Assembly (NCBI GenBank): GCA_051294375.1
Contig: JBJCIZ010000239.1
Span: 3,175,476 to 3,239,475 of the forward strand
Length of the DNA: 64,000 nucleotides
Direction of reading: 5' to 3'
DNA from: Paraspadella gotoi
Lineage: Eukaryota; Animalia; Chaetognatha
This document shows, piece by piece, positions 37,081 to 51,499 of this stretch. The stretch's first letter is position 1. The number at the start of each line of letters is the position of its first letter. The notes below the pieces were generated by a model. That model saw only the letters and a list, made by a program, of their open reading frames with translations. It had not been told where the DNA came from and made no database searches. The translations under genes and the position numbers were made by a program.

Positions 37081-38328
37081 GGAGAAATATGACTTTTAAT
37101 GTGAACTTCGTAATTTAATCTCAACTGGAAAAGTTTTAACAATGAGAATACAAAACGAAAATTAAGAATACGAGAGAACGTATTCGTACATATTTGAATT
37201 TTTTTATTCGTAATTTCGAGGCAAACAGGTTTGAAAAAAAAAGATAATTTCCTTTCTTTTCGTTGCGTTTGGAATATAGAGAAAAGTTTAAAATTGTATT
37301 ATGGACCAAATATATATTTCACAACTGTCATTAACTCTCTTTTGCGCTGATGAAGGACTGAAGGTGCGTAAATAGAACCGAAACTTGTCCGTTTATACTA
37401 TTGTGGTTAAGTGTTCGTTTGGTGAACGAGTTGTATAGTTGTTGTTGTTGTTGTTGTGGTTGTTGTTTAGACCGCTAAACTATCAAATAAACTCGCTGCT
37501 GCAATACAATTTTAAACTTTTCTCTATAACAATAGTACTAAATATTGTCAATAATTAAGATAAATTTAAAAGCCAGTAACGAAGCAAAGGAATTGCTTGC
37601 CTCCCTTGGTTTGTGCTTGTAACAGCGGCCGAGCGAGGATTTCAACATTACAACCACACATAATGTCCACACATAATGTTCACACATCTTAAATCGGTTG
37701 TTTACTTTTGTAACATCCATATTTTTCTTTCTTCAAAGATAAACTTTATTTCTAGCAGAATTATTAAGAAATGAGGATGTAAAATAAGATTTTTTTTAAA
37801 AAATTATTATTTTTCGTTCTCAAAGGAAAAAAAATTATGAATTAAAAATAAAACTAAAGCAAAACGAGAGCAAACGGGGCGGAGTCGATTCAATGAATAA
37901 TCCAAATAACATCAACTGAATAATAAACTAAATTTACCCAAACACTAAATTAATAAAATAAAACACGCCCATCTCATGGTAGAAGGAAGGCAACCCAGTC
38001 CACCCCCTCGAAATTACCCCATACAATCCCACCCCCGCGGGCTTTCACCCCTCACGCCATCACGCCAACACGCCATCACGCCAGCGCCCCCAGTGGCCCA
38101 CTCCATCTCATTCTCCGGAGGCCAAAAACCATTTGACCGGTTTACGCCAAATTAGCGGCAGATCCCCACGCGCCTTAGAGAAAAGGGAGAGAGGAGAAGT
38201 AGAGAGAGAGAAGAGAGAGAGAGAGAGGAGAGGGAAGAGAGGAGAAGAGAGAGAGAGAGAGAGGAGAGAGGAGAGAGAGATGCTTATTTTGGGCAGACCC
38301 CACGACGTCTCAGGGGTAGGGATTCACT

Positions 38329-38374
<46 letters not shown>

Positions 38375-38779
38375 TCTCTCTCTTCTTTCTCATTCTCTCT
38401 CTCTCTCTCTCCTTTTCCCCTCCGGTTCGCGTTAAATAAATTTATGCACATTCGGTTTTTTAGCCGAGAAAAAAAATAAAAGATGCGATGGAAGACTCGA
38501 AACTAAAAGGCTTCGCAAAGATAAACAAAACGAGAAAAATAAAAATGTTTTTAACTCGTCTTTTTATTTTTATTTTTTGCCTATTGACGTTGAAAATATA
38601 AGCAGGAAGCCCAAATGGAATTTAGCAAAATATATATGTGCTGACCAAGAAATGAAAGAAAATGGGTCAGAGTGAGAGAGAGAGAGAGATTCTTGATTTT
38701 GATTTGATTTATTATGCTCAAAATGTGAAAATTTAACATAAGTTAACAATGCCAATTGTTAATGAGCTGATTACATTAA

Positions 38780-39410
38780 GGCGTAGTAAAATTTTCTAAA
38801 ATTTAACCTTTAATTAAAATTCTAAAAAAGTGAGGAATGAACAACATTATACTAATGAACATTTATGTAATAAAAAATTTTATAATAAAATTTTCAATTT
38901 ACGAGTATTGCCATGATTTATACTAGTACTAAACCAATAAATGTTAAAATTTTCAAAACAGTTTTTCTAAGATATTTTTGCAGATTTTGGATTCGTCATA
39001 AAAAGTTTGTGATAAAAGAATATAACTCTTTTGAAAAATTCCTTCATTAAGTGCGGTCAAAAATTAGAAAAAAGCTATATTTTAAGCTGAAAATAACTTT
39101 TTATATAATTAATATAGTTTTTTTAATTCTTAACCCAATAATTGCAAAGAAGAATTTTAAAATGATTTATAATTTTCTTTTTATCAACTTTTGACGAGAA
39201 TTCAAATCCTGGGCAATCAAAATTTAAGAAAAGCCTATTTGAAATTTTTTTGATTTTTAAGGATAGTACTATATATAAATTATAGCCTGACTGCCGAAAT
39301 TAAAAAAACATAAAATTAAATTTTTTTACAAATTAGATGTTCACTGATGCGTATGTCTTCGCTTCATAATGACATTTTAGAATTTTCGTAATATTAACTT
39401 TCACTACGCC
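38780..39410. mobile_element. TIR MITE (Kolobok-like ends), copy 2
   Basis: TTAA|GGCGTAGTAAAA ... TTTCACTACGCC|TTAC. Homologous to 6121-6991 and absent from the mirrored arm near 51805. Confidence 0.8.
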
Positions 39411-39728
39411 TTACTGCATACATATATATGGATGTACAGAGAGAGAGAGAGGAAAGAGAAAGAGAGAGAGAGAGGAGAGAGGGAGGAGAGACGAGAGAAA
39501 GAGAGAGAGAAAAACAAAAAGACAAGAAAAAGAAAGAAAAGAAAGAAAGAAAAAAAAAGAACAGAAAGAAGAAAGAAAGAAAGAAAGAAAGAAAAGGGGA
39601 AAAGAAAGAAAAGAAAAGAAGAAAGAAAGAAAGAAGACACCCGTCCCTCAGAGTCGTCGTAAAGTGTTTTGCCAGCACCTCCAGGGGGCAGATACTTTTC
39701 TTCTCTCCTCTCTCTCTCTCTCTCTCCT

Positions 39729-39784
<56 letters not shown>

Positions 39785-40403
39785 AAAATACATAATTCTG
39801 GCTCTCCGTCTCTTCCTCTCTTCGCTCTGGGTCATCTGATCCAAGAGTTGAAAAGTCAAAGAGTTGGACAAAGTTGTTTTTGCAATTGAGCATTGCAGAT
39901 TGCAGAAGGCGTGAAGCATTGCAGGAGCAGGAGCAGGAGCATTGCACTCAGGCTCAATAATAGAATAAAATGAATATATCAGGGTGAATAAACTAAATAA
40001 AATTTGAATGTAGCATTTAAATTAGACCAGTGTATAAGAATTGAGGTGTTTGTTACATAGTGCTGAGAAAGAATGGATTAACGTGACGTGGCGTTGCGTA
40101 GCGTTGCGTAACGTGGCGCAACGTGGCGTAGCGTAGTGGCGAAGGTCGATAGTGGGAAATCGCTCAAGTTATGCGAGACGCCGGAAATTCTATCGAAGAA
40201 GCGGGGATTCCGGAACGACGGGGGGGATGGAGATATTTTAGAGGAGGAGGGGTAAGGAGGGGGTCGGGAGTGATAAAGGGGTGTTGAAGGTGATCAACGT
40301 TTGAGTTATGATTGACCCGGAAAATGAAGAGATGATGTGATCCACAATCAAAACAAGTATCGCATTTCTAAAATCGAGAGGAAGAGAGGCCAACCTGGAT
40401 TGA

Positions 40404-40470
<67 letters not shown>

Positions 40471-42462
40471 CTTCTTTTTCTTATTCAGACGAAAACATCC
40501 GTTGACCGACCCGAATCGAATTGCGAGACAAAATATTTAAAAATCATATCTTCAGAATAAAATTCTCAGCCGTATAGTCTTAAAATAATTTAATTTCAAT
40601 TATTATCTATTAACAATAATATCGATTAACGTTAATAAAGATTACATCTTTAAATCAAATTGCGTCTCGACAGAATGGTAACAAAAATAAATGAAAAAAA
40701 ATCTAGGAAAAAAAAAAGAAAAGAAATAAAAAAAAAAAGGTTTTCATTCCGTCTGATCAAAACAGGTTAACGATGCTTCCCTTTTAACCGTTTATCGAGT
40801 TTAAGGTTTCTTACAACGTTTCCAAATCGATTAAGTTCCCAGCTCAGATTTACCAATAAACAGTAAACGAGCAAAAATCAGTTGCTAATGAATAAAGTCC
40901 ACGAATGAGCTTACGTTCTCTTCAAAGGATCTGTCCCTCTCCATCTCGAAAAAAAAATATAAAAAAAAAGAATAAAAAAATCTGGGGACAAACCGCTGTT
41001 CGAAAGACGAGGTCTCGAGACTTTTCGAGCCAATTAGACCCTCGAATATGACAGCCGAATATGATGACACTCCAGGGGAGGCCGCGGGGCCGGCGCGGCG
41101 CGAGGGGCCCAAGCCGTCCCGGCACGGGGGCCGAATATTAATAATCATAAGCGAAGTTGGAGGAAAAATAAAAAAAACGTTTAAACACAAACGCGATTAG
41201 GGAGAAACAATTCGAAGGAGTATTTTTAAAAAAACATTAATTCTTTACAATGCTTCATTAGTTGTTTTTTTTTTGGGGGGGGGCTATCGAAAAAAATGTT
41301 TTTAATTGAACATTTTTTCAAAAAGAGATTTATTTACAATAATTTCTCACATCCCTACATCATTTTTCTTCATTCCACAAAACATCTCTCAGCTTTCATT
41401 CCCCCCATTCTCCATCCCCTCACTTCGACCTCCTGGATTTTCTTCATCTCTCTTTACATCTCGGCCAGACCGACAGACCGACAGACCGACCGACCGAGCC
41501 ATTAAATCTCGAGCGTAAAAAAAAATCCTAATCATTAACTTTGAATAACCTTAACAAAAAAAGAAATCAGTCACTTAAGTTTACTCACTTTATTTTTTTA
41601 AACCGGATAATACCGAAAATCTCATTTGAATGTTCCGATGTTATGACTTTTTTGGTTGTCGCTCTAATGAAATGACAGTATAGTTTATTTTACAAGGTTA
41701 TCCCCTTTGAACTGTCAGTTTTTTGTTGCCTTCTTAGTTATAACTTCGTCGTTGTTGTCGTCGTCGTCGTCGTCGTCGTCGTCGTTTCTCGTCATCGTCG
41801 ACTTCGTCCAGAACGACGTCATCGGCCCTCATGCGGCGCCGTCGGGATTGATGGCGATCCTGGCGGCGGAAATAATGGAGCGCCGATGGTCGGTCTTTGT
41901 CGTTGTTGTCGTCGTCGTCGTCGTCGTCGGCGTGGAGCGAGGTAAGGCAGAAAAGGGTAAGGGAGCTTCGCCGGTTTTCGAGGTATTGGGGTCAGTAGAA
42001 CGGGTACCGGGGTTCCAGGGGCGACGGCGGCGGAAGAGGAATTGCAGGGGACCGTGGAGGGGGGGGCGGGGGGGATGGTAAGTTTAAGAGAAAAGGTAAG
42101 GTTTGATTTGAAACGAGTTTGGTAAGGATCTCGTGCCGTTTTAGGATTGCGGTGTTGGTTTCGGACTAATATGATAATCAGAATATATTTTACTATATCT
42201 TGGTATTCTAGCGTGGTACTTTATGCTATCTTACTATTTTATTAATATCATTCGTTGTTTATTTCCGAACTCGACTAATGGAACATAATTTGTTTATTTT
42301 TTCAAGTATTCGACGATATCTTTACAAAACTTAACTTACCAACTTACAACAAACTTACCGACTTCCTTCGTGATCCGCAAAGGAAGCTAAAAACAAACCT
42401 CCACGCCGCAAAATGACGCCGGTTTACCGGCGCCTGTCTCAAGAATCGGCACCACGATGGAA

Positions 42463-42531
<69 letters not shown>

Positions 42532-42577
42532 CACATATCGCCCGGTCCACCGGCGCTGACCGCGTTAACGGCGTCTT

Positions 42578-43003
42578 TTACGATCTCCGTTCCCCGCTGG
42601 TCACCGGCGTCGTTACGAGAACGACGACGCCGACGACGACGACGACGACGACGCCGATCGTAACGATCTCAAAGCGAGAGTCCGAGTCTGCGCTTAATGT
42701 CCTTTCGCTTTTGACGTCGTTTCCGTCGACTCCACGCGGTCGCGGAGAGGATCGTGAGTTACAATCCGGCGCCGATTCCCATTGGAGCCGGCGGCTGGGG
42801 GGAGGGGGGCGTTTGGCGGGCGACTGGCGGGCGACTGGCGGGCGACTGGCGGGCGACTGGCGGGCGACTGGCGGGCGACTGGCGGCGCTAAGGTGACTCG
42901 CGTCCATTAGACTCGGCGATTCTGTCGTCGAAGCGAAATTTGCTGAGTCGAGGTCGATGATGATTTCGAAGTCGTCGTCTTCGTCGTCGTCGTCGTCGTC
43001 GTC
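42578..43003 (-). CDS. Candidate C-terminal part of an Asp-rich repeat protein
   Basis: ORF reads DDDDDDDEDDDFEIIIDLDSANFAS...SRPPVARQSPA x2...FEIVTIGVVVVVVVGVVVLV. The Val run is itself a (GTC)n microsatellite. No homology recognised. Confidence 0.3.
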   Translation of the reverse strand, partial: DDDDDDDEDDDFEIIIDLDSANFASTTESPSLMDASHLSAASRPPVARQSPASRPPVARQSPAKRPPPPSRRLQWESAPDCNSRSSPRPRGVDGNDVKSERTLSADSDSRFEIVTIGVVVVVVVGVVVLVTTPVTSGERRS

Positions 43004-43815
43004 GTGTAAAGGCCGAAGGGGAACTGAATGAGGGCAAGACGATGACACGACAATCAAGACGACCGACGACGACGACGGACAAGACCGACAGGATGCAATG
43101 AGGACGACAACGACAACAACAACGAAGACGACTACGACGACGACCAATGACGACGACGAAGACGGACGACGACGACGACGACGAACGACGAAGACGGACG
43201 ACGAAGACGAAGACGCGACGAAGACGACGACGACGACGACGATAACGAAGACGACGACGAAGAACGACGACGAAGACTGGACGACGAGACGAAGACGACG
43301 ACGACGCGAAGACGACCGACGACCGACGACGACGACGAGCAGAAGACGACGACCTTGCGAAAGTCATCATCGACCTCGACTCAGCGAGATTTCGCTTTCG
43401 ACGCACAAATTCGCGAGTCTAATGGACGCGAGTCACCTTAGCGCCGCCCAGATGCGCCGCGCAGTCGCCGCCAGTCGCCCGCCTAGTCGCCCGCCAGGTC
43501 GCCGCCAGGTCGCCCGCCAGTCGCCCGCCAAACGCCCCCCCCAGCGCGGCTCGCAATGGGAATCGGCCGTCCGGATTGTAACTCACGATCCTCTCCGCGA
43601 CCGCGTGGAGTCGACGGAACGACGTCAAAAGCGAAAGGACATAAGCGCAGACTCGCGACTCTGCTTTGAGATCGTTACGATCGGCCGTCGTCGTCGTCGT
43701 CGTCGTCGCGTCGTCGTTTCGTAACGAAGCGCCCTGGGACCAGCGGGGGAACGAGAATCTAAGAAGAGCCGTTAACGCGTCAGCGCCGGGGACGGCCACC
43801 CCCACAGGGCGATAG

Positions 43816-43849
<34 letters not shown>

Positions 43850-44835
43850 GAAGAGAGAGAAGAGAGAGCGAGAGAGAGAAGAGATGAGAGAGAGAGGAGA
43901 GAGACAAAGAGAGAGAAGAGAGAGACATTATATTTCCATCGTTGGTGCCGATTCTTGAACAGGCGCCGGGTTAAACCGGCTCATTTTGCGCGTGGAGGTT
44001 TTTTTAGCTTCCTTTGCGGATCACGAGGAATCGGTGAAGTTTGTTGTGAAGTGGTAGTTTAAGTTTTGTAAAGATATCGTCGAATACTTGAAAATAGAAC
44101 AAATTATTGTTCCATTTAGTTGCGAGGTTCGGAAGATTAAACAACGAATGATAGTTAATAAAAATAGTAAGATAGCATAAAGAGTACCACTAGGAAAGAC
44201 CAAATGATTGCTAAAATATATTCTGATTATCATATTATTCCGAAACCAACACCGCAATCTAAAACGGCACGAAGATCCTTACCAAACTCGTCTCAAATCA
44301 AACCTTACCTTTTCTCTTAAACTTACCATCCCCCCGCCCCCCCCCCCCCCCCACGGGTCCCCTGCAATTCGCTCTTCCGGCCGCCTCCCCCTGAACCCCG
44401 GGTACCCTTCTAACTGACCAATAGCTCGAAAACCGCGAAGGCTCCCTTACCCGTTTCGTGCCTTACCTCGCTCCAAGCGACGACGACACGACGACGGAAC
44501 GCGACGACGACACAACAACAAACGACAAAGACCGACCATCGCGCTCCATTATTTCGCCGCCAGACGCCATCATCCCGACGGCGCCGCATTGAGTGCGATT
44601 GACGATGCGAGATGACGAAAACGACGACCGACGACGACGACGACGACGACGACGAGTATAACTAAGAAGCAACAAAAAAAACGACAGTTCAAAGGATAAC
44701 CTTGTAAAATAAACTATAACTGTCATATCATTAGAGCGACAACCAAAAGTCATAACATCGAAACATTGGCAAATGAGATTTTCGGTATTATTGGTTTAAA
44801 AAAATAAAGTGAGTAAACTTGAGTGTACTGATTTT

Positions 44836-47800
44836 TTATCGAGCCTTGACGGCGAAGCCGCGTAGGCTCTATAATGTTTTAGGGTTGCTCTTGTGTGACG
44901 TCGTCGTCGTCTCGTTCGGGTCACGCTGTTTTCATAGTATAAAAACTACTACGCTTTTATAGGTTGGCTGCTGACTTACCGTTTTTTTTAAAATTTAAAA
45001 ATTTTATGAATTATGATAAAGTTTTACAAAGTGTGCGATCATAGTAAGTTAAAAATTTTAGAATATGGCCTTTTCATCTGAAATAGCCGTTGTGATTTTT
45101 CATATTACATTTGATTTAAGATTTTTGTTTGAAATCCACTTCATTATGATTTACTGCATAGCAAATGAGATTATAGTACTCATTATAGTAATATTCAAAT
45201 TATGATATAAAATGCTATTAGCTAATTTAACATATTGCCAGTAGTATAATATGAAGATGAAATGTCAAAAATTTTTTTAAATCTATAAAAATGGGAACTT
45301 CAAAGGATTTTTTTAATGAGAGCTATATCTTAATTTTTAATACAAATAAAAATTTAAAATCTTTTACAAAGCTGCGATTGGGAAAAAATTGAAATTTTCC
45401 AATGTAAACCATTGTAACATTTTTTGCCTTTCTTTTATTTATTTTTTAATTAATGACACAATGAAAAATGGCGACGTTACTGTTCCGTCCATAAAAAAAA
45501 TCACTGTTCAAATATTAATTCTTTATTTTTTGAAACGTTATAGTTTCATATGCTGATATCAAAATTCAATTGCAAAATCTGTTTTTTGTTTTTTTATATG
45601 ACTGAATATGGTGAAAGATGATAAATTTTAAAAAAAGTTACTTATTCATATTTATTCATAGATTAATAGAAAAAAATAAAAAAAATAATAGACTAATAGT
45701 TAGTTTATGTCTCAAAAGATGGAAAAAAAAAACTTCATTTAAAAATTCGATCGGGAAGTGGAGGTAACTAAGCTTCCAATGGCATCCTCCACGCCGATTG
45801 ATTCTCTCAAATAATTTTTTTTATTTAATACTTTGAAAGGGAAAAAAGAAAATTTGGAATGCAGGTTGCAGAAGGTTACGATATCTGGACTTATTGATCA
45901 TGATAACCATGACTTTTAATTATCTTGTGAAATAGGCGGCAGTAAAGAAATTTAAAAAATTTCATCTTAAGTCAGTCAATGAACCCTTTCCAATGGCTAT
46001 TACGCATTAAATATTTTTTCTTAATTAAATGGATGATAAATAATTAAAATTAAATTCCTTGCTATATTTAAAAAAAATTATCAATACAAATTAATACGAA
46101 TTGATGTTTCTTGTCAATATGTTACCAGCTATTAATTTTTTACAATATAAATATGATAAACAAGCAATTGTGTCAAGGCTTTATGTTGCAGTTAAAATAA
46201 TGAAAAATGACAATTTTTTTTCACAACAAGAAGTTAGATGTGCCAGACTTTATTTATCAAGCTTTAAACATTGTATTATATCATTTTTAATATTTAAAAA
46301 TATATTTTATCATGCTACAACATAAATTTTGCTTGTTTTTACTTAACTGAAAAAAACAAATTTATGGAATAAAAAAAATTTTAAATAATAAACAAAATTT
46401 TAATTCAGTCTTTCTTTTTCAAAATTACAAAAAGAAAAAGAAAAAATTCATATGTCTTCATTGGGAAATTTTTAAAGCAAAAAACTGTTGTATACTTTTA
46501 ACTCTATTAAACAAAACTGTGTAAAGATTTATGCGATTTAATTTAATAAAACTCTTTTAGAAAGGTGTCCCATTTAGGGCTTTAATTGATACCACATCCA
46601 CTTGCTACCTCTTTTCTTTCAAAAGTTATTTAAAAAAAAATAACGTTTTTTAAATTACGCAGTACAAATCTTTGTTAAATAAAAATTTCGGCCAAAGCGG
46701 GGAGTATCTCACTTATTTTGTTGGTACAATACTTAAATTTCAAAAATAAAACTGGAAGAAAATTTTTTTGTCATTTGAGAGACATATCACGTCAGATGTA
46801 CCCCTGTATATAATTTATTATTTATTGCCCCCAAAAAGCCAATTAGAAAAGTTGAATTTTTTCAAATGTTGGTGAAAAAAATTTCAGCCGACTATGCTCA
46901 TTGAGAATAATGTTTGCCATAGAAATAAAATATCAAAAAAAATAAAAAAAATCAGCCTTAGAAAATCGAGCCTAGGAGGCTGATTTTTTAGAATTGCCAA
47001 AAATTTTTCCTGACTCATAATCCATGTATTCTCAAGTTCAAAATTATTTTTTTCCAAATCATTCAATCAATTTTTTTTTATTAATTTAAAATGATGTTTT
47101 TATGATGTGTTTTGTTTTGAAAGAATTGAAAAAAGTGAAAAACTATATAATTTATATAAGGTTTTGAACAATACCTTTTAAATATTAAATATTATACACA
47201 AGGGGAGTAACAAGAAAACTCCCATTTCAAAAGAAAATTGAAATTAATTGTCTATTGATTATTTAGATTAATTGGGGACGTAAAAAATTAACAAAAAACC
47301 CAATAATGATTCAATATTAAATGAGGAAATGAGGGTGAAAAAATATTTGCATTGTTCGTCGGTTAACTTATTAGTTATCGTTAAAGTTTGTTTTAATAAT
47401 ATTAATATTTTTTTGCATTTATAAAAGCAAGGTCTAAAATTTGTAAGCTTTCGAGCTAATTGCTCATCTTTTACTAATTTTTGATTCTAGTTAGCTTTTT
47501 GTTGGATGGTCAAGGGTTATGGGTCATGGATTACTATACATGTACAGTAGTGTATATCGTCACATATTACCAAAAGGTAGTGATCATTAATTCTGTCAGA
47601 AACGATTTTAAGGGACAAAATCGTAGCAGCCGAGGACCGTTTCGCGCATGTTATTTTTCTTATGATGTCTCTATATTATATTTTCTTTAGGCGCTGCCTT
47701 TTCTGTAGTATCGTTTAAAAAACGAGTTCAGTTTCTCTCTGCTCTCTTTGTGTGGAATCTCTTGCGTGATCGTTCGTTTTTGAAAAAATTCTGATTATTT

Positions 47801-48308
47801 TTTCTTTCTAAAACATATATATTTGATCAGGCGTGCCTTTTTCTGAATCGTTTAAAAAAAAACGAGTTCAGGCGCTTCATCCTCTCCCTCTCAGTCTCCT
47901 CCGTTCTCTCTCTCTCTCTCTGCTCTCTCTCTCTTTTTTTAACAAAAAAAAAAATTATTCACTTTGTTTTACCACCGTTTTTTTGAAAAATCGTTATTAT
48001 TTCTTTCCTTCTAAAAACTTTTATTATCGCCATTTATTCCGCGCTTCTTTCTCAAACAAAATCCCAAATTTAACATCTGAGGGGATTTTCGTGTTTTTGG
48101 AGTAAATGTGAAGTAATAAGCTAACTTCACCTGGATTTCGTGGCCTTGCGGTGGCAACGAGTAGAAACCAATGTCGAGGAACGATGACTAATAACGGGTT
48201 ACTGTGTATAAAAAGAAATCAACTTGACCGAGATCACGCGAATATTAAACAGAGAGTGACGCCTAAATTGCGTATCGTGGCGGGGAAAACTTTCCTCTCT
48301 CTTCTCTG

Positions 48309-48355
<47 letters not shown>

Positions 48356-48457
48356 TCTCTCTCGTCTCTCTCTCCTCTCACTCTCTCTCTTTTTTTTTTT
48401 TTACAAAAAAAAAATTATCACTTGTAATAGAGTAACACGTGTTCGTCTCTCTCTCGG

Positions 48458-48489
<32 letters not shown>

Positions 48490-49412
48490 TTCTCTCTATC
48501 TGTCTCTCTCTCTCTTTCTCTCTTTCTATCTCTTTTGTACAAAAATAATTTTTGAGTGGGCACCTTTTTTTTACCTCCGTCACTGCGCGACTTGAGTAAC
48601 CGAGTTCCGGCCTCTCTCTATCGTCTCTCTCTCTCTCTCTTTTTTTTTTTACAAAAAAATTTTTTAGTCACTTTTTTCACTCTCTCTCTGCTCTCTCTCC
48701 TCTCTGTCTCTCTCTCTAGTTACAACGTCGTTTTTGAAAAATTCTATATTTTTCCTTCTAAAACTTTATTACGCCATTTATTTTTTTTCTCTAAACAAAA
48801 TCCCAAATTACATCCGAGAATTTTTCTATGGATTCCTTTTTAGAAAAAGGAAAAATAAACTTATAATGCAGGCAATGTCACATGTACATCAGCTTTGCTG
48901 CGTTGTACATATAGCTCTTATTGTCCGGCCAATTGCCGATAATTTAAACATATATAACTTTTTCTAACAAAAAAATTTTTTTTGTTTGTTTATTACTGTA
49001 CTTTGGACCGTCGCCCACTATTGGCAAAAATAATTTATATCTTAGAAATAGGAGTTGAGAAGAGAGATATTGTCAAATTAAACATTACTTTTTTGGTTAT
49101 TCTATAATTTTTACAATTTTAAAATTTGTAAATTTTTTTAAGTGTATATATTTGAATCATTTATTTCTTTTTAAAATAATAATTATTTGACTGGATAAAA
49201 TTAAATATTAGTTAAATATGCAAAATATGAAATTTACTTCGCGTCTGGTTTCTTCTTAAAAAAAAGAACAATCTAAATTTCATCAAGGAAAGGAAAAGAG
49301 TTCGGTCCTACTCAGATTACGTCGAAAAACGAGTTCAGCTCTGCAGGGGCGGCCAGCTTTCTGATTATACTTTATATAACGAGAGTGAAAACGACCCGCC
49401 TCTCTCACTCTT

Positions 49413-49452
<40 letters not shown>

Positions 49453-49700
49453 CTTTCATTCATTACACGCATTTGTTTGTTTTATTTACGATGAATGACT
49501 CATGCGTCAATGAATGACTATCATCGCTATCAATGAATGACTGATCATCGCATTCAATCATGTGATATTCATCACATCAGTTATTATTATTTTCATCGCA
49601 TCAATATTGGTTATTCATCGCATCAATAATTGTTATCAGTCGCATCAATATTGGTTATCATCAATAAAGTAGGCTCGATTCCTTAATGCTTTTAAGATTT
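44836..49700 (+). mobile_element. HINE/DINE-1-like element, family A, long copy of about 4.9 kb
   Basis: T-run, ATCGAGCCT (44838-44846), hairpin GAGCCT..CGGCGAAGCCG..AGGCTC and short (GTC)n at the 5' end. AGGCTCGAT (49671-49679), hairpin CTTAA..TTAAG and T-run at the 3' end. The empty site is visible in the mirrored arm at 41545-41570: insertion into a T-run with no obvious TSD. Confidence 0.85.
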
Positions 49701-50791
49701 TTTTTGTTAAGTTATTCAAAGTAATGATTAGGATTTTTTTTACGCTCGAGATTTAATGGACGGTCGGTCGGTCGGTCTGTCGGTCTGTCGGTCTGGCCGA
49801 ATGTAAAGAGAGATGAAGAAAATCCAGAGTCGAAGTGAGGGGATGGAGAATGGGGGATGAAAGCTGAGAGATGTTTGTGGAATGAAGAAAAATAATGTAG
49901 GCGATGTGAAAAATTATTGTAAATAAATCTCTTTTTGAAAAATGTTCAATTAAAAACATTCTTTTTCGATAGCCCCCCCCCCCAAAAAAACAATTAATGA
50001 TAGCATTGTACAAGAATTAATGGTTTTAAAAATACTCCTTCGAATTGTTTCTCCCTAATCGCGTTTGTGTTTAAACGTTTTTTTTTTATTTTCCTCCAAC
50101 TTCGCTTAGATTATTAATATCGGCCCCCGTGTCCGGACTGCTTGGGCCCCTCGCGCCGCGCCGGCCCCGCGGCCTCCCCTGGAGTGTCATCTATTCGCGC
50201 TGTCAATGATTCGAGGTCTAATTTCTCGAAAAGTCTCGAGTACCTCGTCTTTCGTAACAGCGGTTTGTCCCCAGATTTTTTTATTCTTTTTTTTATATTT
50301 TTTTTCGAGATGGAGAGGGACAGATCCTTTGAAGAGAACGTAAGCTCATTCCGTGGACCTTTATTGCATTGCAACTGATTTTTGCTCGTTACTGTTTATG
50401 GTAAATCTGAGCTGGAACTTAATCGATTGGGAAACGTTGTAAGAAACCTTAAACTCGAATAAACGGTTAAATGGGAAGCATCGTTAACCTGTTTTGATCA
50501 GACGGATGAAAACCTTTTTTTTTTTATTTCTTTTCTTTTTTTTTCCTAGATTTTTTTTTCATTTATTTTGTTACCATTCTGTCGAGACGCCAATTTGATT
50601 TAAAGTGAATTTTATTAACGTTAATCGATATTATTGTTAATAGATAATAATTGAAATTAAATTATTTTAAGACTAACGGGCTGAGAATTTTATTCTGAAG
50701 ATATGATTTTAAAATATTTTGTCTCGCAATTCGATTCGGGTCGGTCAACGGTGTTTTCGTCTGAATAAGAAAAAGAAAGAAGAAAGAGAGA

Positions 50792-50840
<49 letters not shown>

Positions 50841-51440
50841 ATCCAGTTGCCTCTCTTCCTCTCGATTTAGAAATGCGATACTGTTTTGATTGTGGTCACA
50901 TCATCTCTTCATTTCCGGTCAATCATAACTCAAACGTTGATCACCTTCAAACACCCTTATCACTCCCGACCCCCTCCTTCCCCTCTCCCTAAAATATCTC
51001 CATCCCCCCGTCGTTCGCGAATCCCCGCTTCTTCGATAGAATTCCGGCGTCTCGCATAACTTGAGCGATTTCCCACTATCGACCTTCGCCACTACGCTAC
51101 GCCACGTTGCGCCACGTTACGCAACGCTACGCAACGCCACGTCACGTTAATCCATTCTTTTCTCAGCACATGTAACAAACACCTCAATTCTTATACACTG
51201 TCTAATTTTAATGCTACATTCAATGTATGTAGCTGTATTCACTCCTGTATCTTCCTATTCTATTATGACCTGATAAATGGCTCCTGGCTCAACTGTGCCT
51301 CCTGCAAGCTTTCACGCCTTTACGCAATCTGCAAGCTCAATTGCAAAAACAGAACTCTTGTCCAACTCTTACTTTTCAAACTCTTGGATCAGATGACCCA
51401 GAGCGAGAGAGAGAAAGACGGAGAGCCAGAATATTTATTT

Positions 51441-51499
<59 letters not shown>

